A stretch of DNA of 56,560 nucleotides from a virus. Lineage: Duplodnaviria > Caudoviricetes. Position numbers and translations under genes: made by a program. The stretch spans positions 1 to 56,560 of the IMG/VR virus record IMGVR_UViG_3300020179_000002. One strand, given 5' to 3'. Shown in pieces: positions 1 to 10,629 of the stretch (positions are counted from its first letter, which is position 1; each line of letters opens with the position of its first letter). A model generated the notes under the pieces. That model was not told where the DNA came from. It made no database searches and was given only the letters and a program-made list of their open reading frames with translations.

Positions 1-127
1 TTTAGGAGATATCGATGTCTGCAACATCTGCTCCGTTTGGCTTGCGTCCAGCATTTCACCCGTCGGGTCTGGACAGAGCTGCCGCGCTTGCCAACGGTAT
101 TCAGGCCGTTTCCACTTCCGGAAACGT
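1..127. repeat. Terminal direct repeat, copy 1 (circular assembly overlap)
   Basis: 1-127 is identical to 56434-56560 and cuts through a CDS; 127 is a typical assembler k-mer length. Confidence 0.95.
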
Positions 128-614
128 TTCTTTAGGTTATGCCACCACCATTCTCAAGGGTCAGCCCGTGAAAATGAACACCGGTGGTTACATCGTGGTC
201 GCTGCCGCTGGTGACGCCTTCTTGGGCGCTTTCGCTGGTGTCGAGTGGACCGATTCTACCGGTCGTCGCCGGGTTTCGAATTACTGGCCAGCCAGTGAAT
301 CGTTCCAGGTGGGCTCGGTCGTCGCCTATTATTACCAGGACCCCAACATCGTGTACGAGATCCAGGCTGACGGCACCCTTGCCCAGACCTCGATCGGTGA
401 TGAGGCTGACCTGAGCAATACAACGGCGGGTTCCACCACCACGGGTCTCTCGCAGTGCACACTGTCCAACACGCTCGCCGGTTCCGGTAATAACGCACAA
501 ATGCGTATTATCGACATCGCGCCGTACCCGGACAATGCCTGGGGCGACAATTTCGTCATCGTACGTGCTCAGATTTCGAAGAGCCAGTACGTTGCCGCTT
601 CTAACGCTATCTAA
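15..614 (+). CDS. Probable capsid decoration/auxiliary head protein
   Basis: 199 aa with AGGAG RBS, directly upstream of the major capsid gene; beta-rich, small-residue composition. Confidence 0.6.
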   Translation: MSATSAPFGLRPAFHPSGLDRAAALANGIQAVSTSGNVSLGYATTILKGQPVKMNTGGYIVVAAAGDAFLGAFAGVEWTDSTGRRRVSNYWPASESFQVGSVVAYYYQDPNIVYEIQADGTLAQTSIGDEADLSNTTAGSTTTGLSQCTLSNTLAGSGNNAQMRIIDIAPYPDNAWGDNFVIVRAQISKSQYVAASNAI

Positions 615-627
615 GGAGGGCTAAGAA

Positions 628-1542
628 ATGGCAGCCCCGATGCGCAGTACCGACTTTCGGTCGATAGTCGAGCCTATCCTTAACGAATGCTTCGACGGTA
701 TTTACGAGCAACGCAAGGACGAGTGGTCGAGAGTCTTCCGCGAGGAACAAGGCATTCCTCGTAATTACCACGAAGAACCAGTCCTGTACGGATTTGGTGC
801 CGCACCCCAACTGCCTGATGGCACTCCGGTGACCTATCAGCAGGGCGGCGTGCTCTTCCTGAAGCGCTACGTGTACAACGTTTATGGCTTGGCCTTCGCG
901 CTGACCAAAGTGCTCGTGGAAGACGGCGACCACATCCGGATCGGTCAGGTTTACGCCAAGCACCTCGCACAGTCTTTAATCGAGACCAAAGAGACGCTTT
1001 CGGCGAACGTGCTTAACCGTGCTTTCAACAGTTCCTACCCAGGTGGTGATGGTGTGTCGCTTATCAACACATCACACCCGATCGTTAATGGTACCTTTAG
1101 TAACCAGTTGACGACCGCTGCAAACCTTTCGCAGACCTCGCTTGAGCAGATGTTGATCCAGGTCCGTCAGGCCGTGGATAACAACGGTAAGAAGATTCGC
1201 CTCGTGCCCCGCCAGTTGGTGGTAGCACCCGGTAACGTCTTCCAGGCCGAAGTGTTGCTCAAGTCCGTGCTCCGTGCAGGTACCGCGAACAACGACATCA
1301 ACCCGGTCAAGTCGATTGGCTTGCTCGACGAGGGTGCCGCAGTTCTTTCGCGTCTTACCTCCGCCACGGCTTGGTGGGTACAGACCGATGCTCCGGAAGG
1401 CATGAAGCTCATGATGCGTCGTGCGCTTGAGAAGACGATGGAAGGCGATTTCGAAACTGACTCGATGCGCTACAAGGCGACCGAGCGTTACGACGTCGGT
1501 TTCACCGATCCCCGAGCCATGTACGGCACTTCAGGCGTCTAA
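628..1542 (+). CDS. Major capsid protein (HK97 fold, Mu gpT-like)
   Basis: 304 aa with strong AAGGAGG RBS; gpT-like motifs (GGDGVSLINTSHP, PRQLVVAP, ERYDVGFTDPRAMYG); follows portal/scaffold on the circle. Confidence 0.85.
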   Translation: MAAPMRSTDFRSIVEPILNECFDGIYEQRKDEWSRVFREEQGIPRNYHEEPVLYGFGAAPQLPDGTPVTYQQGGVLFLKRYVYNVYGLAFALTKVLVEDGDHIRIGQVYAKHLAQSLIETKETLSANVLNRAFNSSYPGGDGVSLINTSHPIVNGTFSNQLTTAANLSQTSLEQMLIQVRQAVDNNGKKIRLVPRQLVVAPGNVFQAEVLLKSVLRAGTANNDINPVKSIGLLDEGAAVLSRLTSATAWWVQTDAPEGMKLMMRRALEKTMEGDFETDSMRYKATERYDVGFTDPRAMYGTSGV

Positions 1543-1548
1543 ACCTAA

Positions 1549-1568
1549 GAGGGAGCGAAAGCTCCCTC
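1549..1568 (+). terminator. Hairpin after the capsid gene (partial terminator or stabiliser)
   Basis: GAGGGAGC-GAAA-GCTCCCTC perfect 8-bp stem with GNRA loop; weak U tract. Confidence 0.55.
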
Positions 1569-1587
1569 GTCTTCAAGGAGAAAGACG

Positions 1588-1980
1588 ATGGCGTACAACA
1601 ATTCGGTGACTAACATCGCGGGAGTACTTTCCGCGATCACGACCACTATTGCTTATACCGATACTTCTGCGGTAACGATTGGAACTCTTCCGAAAAATGC
1701 ACAGATCGTGGATATTAATATCGACGTGACTACGGCATTTAACGCAGGGACCACCAACACCGTTACGGTAGGAAAAACCGGATCTGCTGCGGCTTTTGTC
1801 GCCGCGACCTCGGTAGGATCAGCGGGTCGTGCTTCGGTGGCTACCACTGGGGTGTACAGCGCTTGGGCGGATGTTGGAAACAGTGACGTGGACTACGCTA
1901 CTGTGACTTTCAGCCAAACGGGTACTGCCGCTTCCGCTGGCGCGGCTCGTGTAACGATCGTTTACAAATCCTTCGCGTAA
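1588..1980 (+). CDS. Virion structural protein (decoration/fibre-like)
   Basis: 130 aa, T/A/V-rich, AAGGAG RBS; IGTLPKNAQIVDINIDVTTAFNAG is typical of post-capsid structural proteins. Confidence 0.6.
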   Translation: MAYNNSVTNIAGVLSAITTTIAYTDTSAVTIGTLPKNAQIVDINIDVTTAFNAGTTNTVTVGKTGSAAAFVAATSVGSAGRASVATTGVYSAWADVGNSDVDYATVTFSQTGTAASAGAARVTIVYKSFA

Positions 1981-1989
1981 GGGGACATC

Positions 1990-2832
1990 ATGGGCCAATT
2001 CAAACCAATGGTCAAAATGATGACTACCGAGCCTTCAGTCATGCTGAAGCTTAAACAGGGAGGCTCAGCTTCTCATAAGCGGCTCATGAAGGAAGGCGGC
2101 GAAATGGGGCACAAGCCCATGGGAAAAGCAATCGGTGGCGCGATGGGCGCTTTAGCGGGTACTCCCCCTCCGACCACCCCAATGGGAAACCCCGCAGCAG
2201 CTAAAGCTATGGCGGCTCGTCGCATGGCGAAGACTCCGGCTCCCGCTGCAGCTTCGGTACCCCGTGTTGGACCCGCTCCCGCTCCCGCGATGCCAATGGG
2301 GCGTCCGATGATGCGTAAGAAGGGTGGCGCATTGGAGGCACTCAAGGCGCATGCAGGGAAACCTGCCTCAAAAGCCCATAAGGGGTTGAGGACCGGCGGA
2401 GTCGCTAAGTCGACGAAACCGGGCGAGTACGCTACCGGCGGTGTGGTAGACGGGCAGGGCGGTTTCAAAAATGGCGGCATCATCAAGACGATGACCAAGA
2501 AGACGACGAAGGTGGTGGGGGCCAAGCCCGATCACAATTCGGCCCCGACTGGCGACGTTAAGATGGGTAACGCTGGCGGTTACAGGAAAGGTGGCATGGC
2601 TATGGTCAAGAAAGATGGCAAAAAAGTGCCAGCATTTCTTGCCAAGGCAAAGGGTATGATGGGTGGTGGTATGGCTTATGAGAAAGGTGGTGCCACAAAA
2701 AAGTGCTACGCTACGGGGGGTCTTGTTGATTCAGGCAAACCCGTAGCGATGCCGAAAAAGGCACCTTCTGAACCTGTCGCGATCTCCCAGGAAGCTGGGA
2801 CGTTCAAGAGGGGCGGTAAGGTAGCTTGTTAA
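1990..2832 (+). CDS. Basic K/M/G-rich protein with about 12 phi-x-x-GG repeats (possible capsid-internal protein)
   Basis: LKQGG, MKEGG, LRTGG, YATGG x2, FKNGG, YRKGG, YEKGG, FKRGG and others in 280 aa. Confidence 0.7.
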   Translation: MGQFKPMVKMMTTEPSVMLKLKQGGSASHKRLMKEGGEMGHKPMGKAIGGAMGALAGTPPPTTPMGNPAAAKAMAARRMAKTPAPAAASVPRVGPAPAPAMPMGRPMMRKKGGALEALKAHAGKPASKAHKGLRTGGVAKSTKPGEYATGGVVDGQGGFKNGGIIKTMTKKTTKVVGAKPDHNSAPTGDVKMGNAGGYRKGGMAMVKKDGKKVPAFLAKAKGMMGGGMAYEKGGATKKCYATGGLVDSGKPVAMPKKAPSEPVAISQEAGTFKRGGKVAC

Positions 2833-2837
2833 TAGTC

Positions 2838-2853
2838 GGGGGCTTCGGCCCCC
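2838..2853 (+). terminator. GC-rich UUCG hairpin
   Basis: GGGGGC-TTCG-GCCCCC right after the stop codon; no clear U tract. Confidence 0.5.
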
Positions 2854-2872
2854 ACTAACTCTGGGGTAAGCG

Positions 2873-3154
2873 ATGAGCACCTTAACAAATGTTTTTTCGG
2901 CCCACGCAGATGCAACGGGAACCGTGTATAGTGGGGCCACTAACCTCGGCGGCTATCAAGTAGGACCCGGAGGTGTGGCTGGCGAGATCGTCCTCCGTGA
3001 CGGTGGCGCTGCAGGAACCGTTAGGTTAAGATTTAATTTAACGACGAATACCGCTATTATTTCGACCATAATTCCTGGTAATGGAATACGTTTTAATTCA
3101 GATATTCATGCAACGCTGCCTACTAATGCAGCAATCACCATATTCTGCGGGTAG
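2873..3154 (+). CDS. Hypothetical small beta-rich structural protein
   Basis: 93 aa, tightly packed in the late operon. Confidence 0.65.
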   Translation: MSTLTNVFSAHADATGTVYSGATNLGGYQVGPGGVAGEIVLRDGGAAGTVRLRFNLTTNTAIISTIIPGNGIRFNSDIHATLPTNAAITIFCG

Positions 3155-3157
3155 GTT

Positions 3158-3706
3158 ATGCCTGCCAAATCCAAGGCTCAATTTCGACTGATGAAGGCGG
3201 CGGAGAACAATCCCGCTTTCGCCAAAAAGGTCGGAATCCCGTCTATGGTTGCTGCTGAGTATACTGCTAGTAACGTCAAAGGGAAGTCTTACGGGAAGCT
3301 TCCCGAAAAGATGGCCGGAGGTGGTCTTTATGCCAATATCAACGCGAAACGTGCTAGAATCGCTGAAGGCTCTGGCGAGAAAATGCGTAAGCCCGGTTCT
3401 GCTGGTGCTCCAACGGATGAGGCTTTCCGAGATTCCGCGAAGACTGCTAAGCTCAAGCGCGGCGGTGTTTCACTCGCTATCGGACGTGGCGAAAAGCTGG
3501 CGACATCCGAGGGCGCAGGACTCACGGCAAAAGGAAGAGCTAAATACAACCGGGAAACCGGATCGAACTTGAAAGCCCCACAGCCCCAAGGGGGTTCACG
3601 CAAGGATAGTTTCTGTGCTAGAATGTCGGGTGTCGTGAAGAACGCATCGGGTGATGCACCACGAGCCAAGGCAAGTCTCCGCAGGTGGAAATGCCCCGGA
3701 TGGTAA
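3158..3706 (+). CDS. Basic modular protein: three small phage domains joined by GG motifs (C-terminal part DUF6321-like)
   Basis: MPAKSKAQ... / MAGGG-LYANINAKR... / LKRGG-...RKDSFCARM...SLRRWKC. Confidence 0.65.
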   Translation: MPAKSKAQFRLMKAAENNPAFAKKVGIPSMVAAEYTASNVKGKSYGKLPEKMAGGGLYANINAKRARIAEGSGEKMRKPGSAGAPTDEAFRDSAKTAKLKRGGVSLAIGRGEKLATSEGAGLTAKGRAKYNRETGSNLKAPQPQGGSRKDSFCARMSGVVKNASGDAPRAKASLRRWKCPGW

Positions 3707-3715
3707 AGGACTTTC

Positions 3716-4792
3716 ATGACGACTTCGGGTACAGTCGGCACCACAATAGTAACAGTTCAAGAGTTCATAGACGAGGGTGCTCGCAAGTGCGGTAAACTCG
3801 CGGAAGAGCTTACCAACGAACAGACTCGATCCGCCAAGCAGAATCTCACCTTTCTGCTCTCGGCGCTGATAAACAAAGGCATCCAGTATTGGGCGATCGA
3901 CAAGATCGTGATCGGCCTCAAGCCTGACCAATACCAATACGAATTACCGTTGGGCTCGAACGATGCACTGAATGTGCTCTACCGCACGATGAATCGGCCC
4001 TCAGGTACGTACGCGACCTCAGCGGGTGGGACGGTGGCTTTTGCTTTCGATAGTGATACTAGCACCTTCTGCCAGCAAACGTCGCCGAATGGTAATATTT
4101 CAGTCCAGTACGGTTCAGGAAACCCCGAATACATAGGCTCAATCGGACTTCTCCCTTATGTTTCAGGGGGTGGTGATGCGGTTTGGACGCTGATTCTCGA
4201 ATACTCGAACGATCTCGGAGTGACCTGGAATACGCTCGAAGACCTGGGGACTGTGACCGTCACCGATAATCAGTGGCTCTGGACCGATATAGATCCAGGG
4301 CAGGATGTCACCGGATACCGCGTCCGGGCCTCCGGAGGTACCACGCTTGCACTTAGAGAGTTCTACCTGGGTAATAATAGCCGAGAGATTCAGATGGCTC
4401 GTTTGAACCGCGACGACTACACGAACTTGCCAAATAAAAACTTCACCGCGAACCAGCCCTACCAATATTGGTTCGATCGCACGATCCCGAAGCCCACGCT
4501 CTACTTGTGGCCAACGCCGAGCGATGCTTTTATTCAGATGACCGTCTGGTACTCGCGGCTTGTCCAAGATGTAGGTAAGCTTTCGAACACGCTCGAGATC
4601 CCCGATCGGTGGTGCTTGGCCATTCAGTACATGCTCGCGCAGCATATGTCGCTTTCGCTCCCTGGAGTCGCCGTAGACCGTGCGAAGTACCTGAAAGAAC
4701 TCGCCGACCAGTATTTTAACGAGGCCGAGCAGGAAGAGCGCGACAAGTCCCCGATTTATTGGGCACCAAACATCGCCGTGTATACACGATAA
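3716..4792 (+). CDS. Head-tail connector/adaptor with an inserted beta-sandwich domain
   Basis: Helical N- and C-termini; LNRDDYTNLPNK...QPYQYWFDR...LYLWPTP is typical of podovirus adaptors. Confidence 0.65.
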   Translation: MTTSGTVGTTIVTVQEFIDEGARKCGKLAEELTNEQTRSAKQNLTFLLSALINKGIQYWAIDKIVIGLKPDQYQYELPLGSNDALNVLYRTMNRPSGTYATSAGGTVAFAFDSDTSTFCQQTSPNGNISVQYGSGNPEYIGSIGLLPYVSGGGDAVWTLILEYSNDLGVTWNTLEDLGTVTVTDNQWLWTDIDPGQDVTGYRVRASGGTTLALREFYLGNNSREIQMARLNRDDYTNLPNKNFTANQPYQYWFDRTIPKPTLYLWPTPSDAFIQMTVWYSRLVQDVGKLSNTLEIPDRWCLAIQYMLAQHMSLSLPGVAVDRAKYLKELADQYFNEAEQEERDKSPIYWAPNIAVYTR

Positions 4793-5133
4793 TGCCGATC
4801 TTTCTCGATACCACCGGAAACTCCTCGCTTGCAATCGCTATTTGCGATCGATGCAAGATGAAGCGTTTCTATTCGGTCATGCGCAAGGATCCGAATTTCC
4901 CAGGACTTCGGGTGTGCGACCAGGGCTGTGCCGACCAGTTCGACCCCTACCGATTACCAGCCAGAAAAACCGAGCGGATAAACCTGCGTTTTCCTCGTCC
5001 AGACGAATCGGTGGCGGATACGAACGAATATTTGGTTACTAGCACAGGGAACAATCTGCAGATCTCTTCTACGCAGAATAACAACACCCCGGGCAACAAC
5101 GGAAATATTAACCCCTTGACTCCGAGCACCTGA
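4792..5133 (+). CDS. Small Zn-ribbon virion-associated protein
   Basis: ATG overlaps the upstream TAA; AICDRC...GLRVCDQGC. Confidence 0.65.
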   Translation: MPIFLDTTGNSSLAIAICDRCKMKRFYSVMRKDPNFPGLRVCDQGCADQFDPYRLPARKTERINLRFPRPDESVADTNEYLVTSTGNNLQISSTQNNNTPGNNGNINPLTPST

Positions 5134-5134
5134 T

Positions 5135-7552
5135 ATGGCCGCACAAATCTCAATTAATCAGCTGCCTCCAGCAGGTGCTATCACAGGCTCGGAAATTGTT
5201 CCGGTCGTACAGAATGGTCAAACCGTTCAGACTACCACGGGTGCGATAGCTGCAACACCTAGTCAAACGCAAACGTTCCTGACCGTAAATCAGGAGCTTT
5301 CGTTATCAAACAGCCGTTACTTCGCGGTAAACACCGGACTTGGGTTAACCGACGGTGGGGCGCTTTCTTTTTTGCGATTATCACTGAACGGTGCTTCTGG
5401 ATCGCTCGAGGCCGCAGGTGCAGGTATTATTGTAAAATCCGGAGCTTCCACCATCGTCGCACGCCAGATAGCGACTTCGGGCGCAGGTCTTACAGTTGCC
5501 AACGCTGATGGTACTGGGGCGAACCCCGAATTGTCTTTGACGGGTCTCGCTGCGGCTTTCGCGAATCTTGGTGGTTCGGGAATTCCCTTCGTCAACGCAG
5601 GCACCACCGCTGGACTTCGGTTAATCGCGGGGACCGCGAATCAGATAGACGTTACAAACGGAAATGGGGTATCCGGAAACCCTACTCTCGCCATTGCTAC
5701 AGATCCGGTGATTCCGGGTACGGGATCGATGCAAGTACCCAAGGGTACTACGGCGCAAAGGCCCGGTGGTATAGATGGACAGTTTCGTTTTAACGCAGAT
5801 CTTTCGCAGTTTGAAGGCTACACTTCGGGGTCTTGGCAGCAGTTTGCATTGGCTGAAGGCGTTCCATCTTTTAGCGCAGGTGCTACCGGCTTCACTCCGT
5901 CCACGCCGACCAACGGTAACATCGTTTTAGCCGGCACCCTGAACGTAAGTAGCGGCGGTACAGGCGCTAATACGTTAACAGGCTATGTAAAGGGCACCGG
6001 CACTACCGCGATGACTGCGAGTGCGACCATCCCCAACACGGACATTACCGGCCTGGGGACGATGTCCACGCAGAATTCAGGCTCGGTCTCTATTACCGGC
6101 GGCTCAATCGCAGCGACGATCTCGGGCGCTACGGTTGACAACTCCATCATTGGCGGATCGACCCCTGCTGCGGGTACGTTTACCTCAGTCACGACCACGA
6201 CGGGCACGATCAGCACCACCCCGACGAACGCAACCGACATCGTTAACAAGTCGTATGTCGACACGATCGCAGCCTCTGGCATCACTTATCACACGCCAGT
6301 CAAGTACGAAGCGCCAAGCGCACTGACAGCGACCTACAACAACGGCACTGCAGGCGTCGGTGCCACGCTTACCAACGCAGGCACCCTGGCGGCTTTTGCG
6401 CCCGATGGGGTTACAGCTTCGGTCAGCGACCGTATCCTGGTTTATAACCAAGCCGCTCCTGCCCAAAACGGCGTTTACACGGTCACCACGGTTGGTGACG
6501 GATCGACCGCTTGGGTACTCACTCGTGCGACTGACGCCGACTCTTACGGCCTGAAGGACCCCAACGCGCTCGGTGAAGGTGATGCTTTCTTCGTCACCTC
6601 GGGGCTTACCGGCGCGGGTGAGACTTACGTCTGCAATACCTCGGGAACAATCACTTTCGGTACGACCGCGATCACCTTTGCACAAGTATCGTCTGCGCAG
6701 ATCTACAGCGCGGGAACGGGTCTTACGCTTGCCGGTACGCAGTTCAGCATCACTAATACCGGGGTTACCGCGAACTCTTATGGCGGTGCGGCTACGGTTC
6801 CGACCTTTACAGTCAACGCTCAGGGGCAGCTAACCCTTGCGACTGACGTGTCGATTGCAATCACTTCCGGGCAGGTTTCTGGCCTTGCAGCGTCGGCTAC
6901 AACGGACACGACCAACGCCTCGAACATCTCCTCAGGTACGCTCAACACGGCGCGTCTTACGGGCTCTTATACCGGCATCACGGGTGTTGGAACCCTGACG
7001 GCAGGAACCTGGAATGCGACGACGATCGGTATCGGGTACGGCGGCACCGGGGTTACGGGAACGCCCACTAACGGCCAACTTTTAATTGGAAACGGCTCGG
7101 GCTACACGCTCAATACGCTATCTGCCGGGACTAACGTCTCGATTACGAATACCGCAGGCGGTATTACCGTTTCTGCTACCCCATCTTTTGGCGGTACGGT
7201 CACTTCGGTCTCTGCTGATGGCGGCACAACGGGTCTTACCTTCTCGGGTAGTCCCATAACGGTCAGCGGCACTTTGACCCTTGCCGGTACGCTTGTAGTC
7301 TCCAACGGCGGTACCGGGGCCACAACCTTAACGGGATACGTTAAAGGCAACGGCACTTCAGCCTTCACGGCTTCGGCCAGTATTCCCAACACGGACGTAT
7401 CGGGTTTGGGGACCATGGCTACGCAAAACGCAAGTAGCGTAGCGATTACGGGCGGCACGATTAACGGCACCACGATCGGCGGGACTACGGCTGCTGCCGG
7501 AACCTTTACGACGGTAACAGCAACCACAGGCATCTACGGAGGTGCATTCTAA
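5135..7552 (+). CDS. Tail fibre protein
   Basis: 805 aa, G/T-rich; GTTAQRP...RFN...FEGY and GGTG fibre motifs; ends GGAF. Confidence 0.8.
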   Translation: MAAQISINQLPPAGAITGSEIVPVVQNGQTVQTTTGAIAATPSQTQTFLTVNQELSLSNSRYFAVNTGLGLTDGGALSFLRLSLNGASGSLEAAGAGIIVKSGASTIVARQIATSGAGLTVANADGTGANPELSLTGLAAAFANLGGSGIPFVNAGTTAGLRLIAGTANQIDVTNGNGVSGNPTLAIATDPVIPGTGSMQVPKGTTAQRPGGIDGQFRFNADLSQFEGYTSGSWQQFALAEGVPSFSAGATGFTPSTPTNGNIVLAGTLNVSSGGTGANTLTGYVKGTGTTAMTASATIPNTDITGLGTMSTQNSGSVSITGGSIAATISGATVDNSIIGGSTPAAGTFTSVTTTTGTISTTPTNATDIVNKSYVDTIAASGITYHTPVKYEAPSALTATYNNGTAGVGATLTNAGTLAAFAPDGVTASVSDRILVYNQAAPAQNGVYTVTTVGDGSTAWVLTRATDADSYGLKDPNALGEGDAFFVTSGLTGAGETYVCNTSGTITFGTTAITFAQVSSAQIYSAGTGLTLAGTQFSITNTGVTANSYGGAATVPTFTVNAQGQLTLATDVSIAITSGQVSGLAASATTDTTNASNISSGTLNTARLTGSYTGITGVGTLTAGTWNATTIGIGYGGTGVTGTPTNGQLLIGNGSGYTLNTLSAGTNVSITNTAGGITVSATPSFGGTVTSVSADGGTTGLTFSGSPITVSGTLTLAGTLVVSNGGTGATTLTGYVKGNGTSAFTASASIPNTDVSGLGTMATQNASSVAITGGTINGTTIGGTTAAAGTFTTVTATTGIYGGAF

Positions 7553-9994
7553 ATGGCACAGTCAGGCTACACCCCCATCCTCATCTACGCGAGTGGCACG
7601 GCTGCCGCAGTCCCTTCGGCGGCGAACCTTACCTCTTCCGCTAATGGTGCCGAGCTTGCACTGAACTACAATGATGGCAAGCTTTACTACAAGAACTCTT
7701 CCGGCGTCGTGACGCTCCTGGCCCAGGCTGGCGGCGGCTCCGCAGCCACGCCCACCACACTGGGGACGGTGTATGGGAAGATGACAACGAACGGTGCTGC
7801 GCCTTATCTGACTGCGCTTGGGTATGGTGCCGGGGCCAGCACTACCGGAGCCTATAACACCGCTGTTGGTGTAAACGTATTAAATGCAAATACTACCGGG
7901 ACATTTAACACAGGGATTGGTTATGCCGCTTTAACAAGCGCAACAGGATCAAGAAATACCGCTGTTGGCGGTACTGTTATGCGTATCACTACCGGGTCTG
8001 AAAACGTAGGGATTGGAACTGAAGATGGCGGTGCGGGATATAGCCCGTTTTGGTCAAATACCAGCGGGTCATACAACATTGCTGTTGGTAATGGTGGCCT
8101 TGGTAAAAACACCACTGGTGTTAATAATGTAGCGATAGGTCACAAAGCCCTCTACGACAACACCACCGCTTCCAGCAACACTGCTGTTGGTTATCAAGCA
8201 GGCAACAGCAACACTACTGGAAGCGTGGATGCTTTTGGTTATCAAGCCCTTTACTCCAACACAACCGGCGGAAGTTCTTATAGCAATACTGCTATGGGTT
8301 ATCGTGCCTTGTATAGCAACACAACAGGGCAAGCAAACACAGCGGTTGGCGGCGTTGGAACTTCAACCAACTCTGTGATGTATGCCAACACAACGGGCAG
8401 CTACAACACGGCGCTTGGAAATCAGGCGCTGAGGTCTAAAATCACCGCTTCCTACAACACTGCCATTGGCCAGGATTCCCAGTACTCTGGAACCACGGGG
8501 GACTTCAACGCCTCACTAGGCTATCAGGCACTTTATAACAACACCGGAAATAACAACACAGCAATTGGCGCTCGTGCAATGAACGGCGCCGCTAATACTG
8601 GCAATGAAAATACCGCTGTTGGCGCAATTACGCTCCAAGCCAACACCTCCGGTAATTTGAATGTCGCTGTTGGTTATAACGCTCTTAAAGTCAACACCAC
8701 CGGGTACTACAACACTGCGGTTGGTGCTAATGCGGCTGTTTCAAATACTACAGGTATTGCGCTTGTGGCTATTGGGCAATCCGCAATGCTTGTAAATACC
8801 ACTGGTAATAGAAACATTGCCATTGGTTCAAATGATGGTGCTTTTACCTCGCCGCTTCGCTTTAACCAAACTGGTAGCGACAACATTGCTATTGGTACAG
8901 CGGCTATTGGTGGCAATGGTAATTGTTCACAGAACATTGCCGTAGGTACTGCTGCATTAGGTTCAAACACCACCGGCGCAGGTAACGTCGGTGTTGGGTA
9001 TGAAGCAGGAAAGGCCGTTACAACCGGGTCTTACAACATATTCATGGGCGGAGGTGTTGGAAACGGAGCCTCCGCTATTACCGGAAACTTTAACATCATT
9101 ACCGCAGTTGGGGGTGGCGCTACCAGTCTTACTTCAGGCGTTAAGAACGTGGGGTATGGGCATAAAGTCTTACTAAACGTATCAAGTGGTGGCGCAAATA
9201 TTGCCATCGGCCCATCCGAGGGTGGCGTTGATCGTGGTAATTTGCAGGGTCTTACGACAGGCAGTGGCAATGTAGCCCTTGGCGCAGGAAATCTGGGTAT
9301 CGTGACAACCGGCTCTGGTAATGTGGCTATAGGTGGAAACAACGCCGGAGGATCAATAACAACCGGTCAATCTAATATTTTGATTGGCCCCGGTTCAACT
9401 GGAGGTAGTTTAACAACTGCTGTTAGCAACGTCTTTATTGGCTCTTATCCGGGTGGTGGTGCTGGTTTTGATCCGGGTTATTACATGACCGGGAGTTACA
9501 ACACAATTTTGGCTGCTTGGAATGGCAATCAAGATAGTTTAGACCTCCGTACCTCCAACTCTCAGGTAGTTATTGGCTCACAAAACGGCAATTGGGGCGC
9601 TCGACTTAATGCTACTTCGACCGCTAACTCTTGGTTTCAGCGCAGTAATTCCTCAACATGGGCCACGACTTCAGATCGACGCATCAAGACTAACTTCCAG
9701 CCAGTTACCAACGGTCTTGAAATCATCAACGCATTAAAACCAACCGAGTTTGACTACATTCTCACGGGTCAGCATGACGTGAGCTTTATCGCTCAAGAGT
9801 ACGAAGAGGTTTTGCCTGACCAAGTCGTTGAAGATACGTCAAACAAAAGCGAAGATATGATGGCATTGACCAACGGTGAGCCACTCAAAGTGCTCAGGAA
9901 AAATCTTGACCCATATCTTGTTTCCGCTATTCAAGCCTTGACTGAACAGGTCAATCAGTTAAAGGCTGAAATCGCAACCCTCAAAGGAGCTTAA
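7553..9994 (+). CDS. Tail fibre/spike (receptor-binding) with beta-helical repeats and a C-terminal S74 intramolecular chaperone
   Basis: Many NTAVGxxAL/NTTG repeats; TSDRRIKTN autocleavage motif followed by a coiled coil. Confidence 0.85.
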   Translation: MAQSGYTPILIYASGTAAAVPSAANLTSSANGAELALNYNDGKLYYKNSSGVVTLLAQAGGGSAATPTTLGTVYGKMTTNGAAPYLTALGYGAGASTTGAYNTAVGVNVLNANTTGTFNTGIGYAALTSATGSRNTAVGGTVMRITTGSENVGIGTEDGGAGYSPFWSNTSGSYNIAVGNGGLGKNTTGVNNVAIGHKALYDNTTASSNTAVGYQAGNSNTTGSVDAFGYQALYSNTTGGSSYSNTAMGYRALYSNTTGQANTAVGGVGTSTNSVMYANTTGSYNTALGNQALRSKITASYNTAIGQDSQYSGTTGDFNASLGYQALYNNTGNNNTAIGARAMNGAANTGNENTAVGAITLQANTSGNLNVAVGYNALKVNTTGYYNTAVGANAAVSNTTGIALVAIGQSAMLVNTTGNRNIAIGSNDGAFTSPLRFNQTGSDNIAIGTAAIGGNGNCSQNIAVGTAALGSNTTGAGNVGVGYEAGKAVTTGSYNIFMGGGVGNGASAITGNFNIITAVGGGATSLTSGVKNVGYGHKVLLNVSSGGANIAIGPSEGGVDRGNLQGLTTGSGNVALGAGNLGIVTTGSGNVAIGGNNAGGSITTGQSNILIGPGSTGGSLTTAVSNVFIGSYPGGGAGFDPGYYMTGSYNTILAAWNGNQDSLDLRTSNSQVVIGSQNGNWGARLNATSTANSWFQRSNSSTWATTSDRRIKTNFQPVTNGLEIINALKPTEFDYILTGQHDVSFIAQEYEEVLPDQVVEDTSNKSEDMMALTNGEPLKVLRKNLDPYLVSAIQALTEQVNQLKAEIATLKGA

Positions 9995-9996
9995 TC

Positions 9997-10257
9997 ATGC
10001 CTGAAATCATTCAAGAAGTACCCAACCAAGCAGAACTTGACCGCCATTTCTCAGCGATGGGCGATTCGGTATGGCTAATTAACGCCATCGTTGCCGGTAC
10101 GCAGATGCAACGTGAGCCAGCAAAGGATCGTCAAGACTGCGTCAATCGCAACGTCGAGCATCTTGAGCTTATGATTGCAAAGGGGTGGTTCGATGGTCGT
10201 GATCTCACGGCAACAAACGCAGCCATCGCCGCCGGTAAGTCCTATCAACCAACCTAA
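9997..10257 (+). CDS. Hypothetical tail-fibre-associated protein
   Basis: 86 aa, AAGGAG RBS, follows the fibre gene. Confidence 0.65.
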   Translation: MPEIIQEVPNQAELDRHFSAMGDSVWLINAIVAGTQMQREPAKDRQDCVNRNVEHLELMIAKGWFDGRDLTATNAAIAAGKSYQPT

Positions 10258-10266
10258 GAGGTTTAC

Positions 10267-10431
10267 ATGAAACTTCACATTCCCATCGAACTTGCTAATC
10301 AAATCATTGGATACCTGGGCACCCGCCCGTACCAAGAGGTCTACCAACTGATCGAAGGCATGAAGGAGGCTGCAAAGCCCCCGATGACGCCCCTGCAGGA
10401 AGTACCGACCGAGGAACAAGAGGCTGCGTAA
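10267..10431 (+). CDS. Hypothetical protein (54 aa, absent from the ORF track)
   Basis: GAGG RBS; MKLHIPIELANQIIGYLGTRPYQEVYQLIEGMK...; fills the gap exactly. Confidence 0.7.
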   Translation: MKLHIPIELANQIIGYLGTRPYQEVYQLIEGMKEAAKPPMTPLQEVPTEEQEAA

Positions 10432-10629
10432 ATGAGCGACGACCTGGACAAGCGCCTGTCGGTACATGAAGCGATTTGCGCCCAACGCTACGAGAACATC
10501 GAGAAACGTCTCAGTGACGGCAGCAGGCGCATGAAGCATATCGAATGGCTGCTTTACATCACGATTGCTGCCGTCTTGCTTGGTCCAGGGGTCGCGGCCA
10601 TGTTCGTTAAGAAGATCCTGGGGATCTAA
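10432..10629 (+). CDS. Small membrane protein (XhlA/holin-like)
   Basis: Coiled coil (HEAICAQRY) plus one C-terminal TM segment; in the lysis cluster. Confidence 0.6.
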   Translation: MSDDLDKRLSVHEAICAQRYENIEKRLSDGSRRMKHIEWLLYITIAAVLLGPGVAAMFVKKILGI

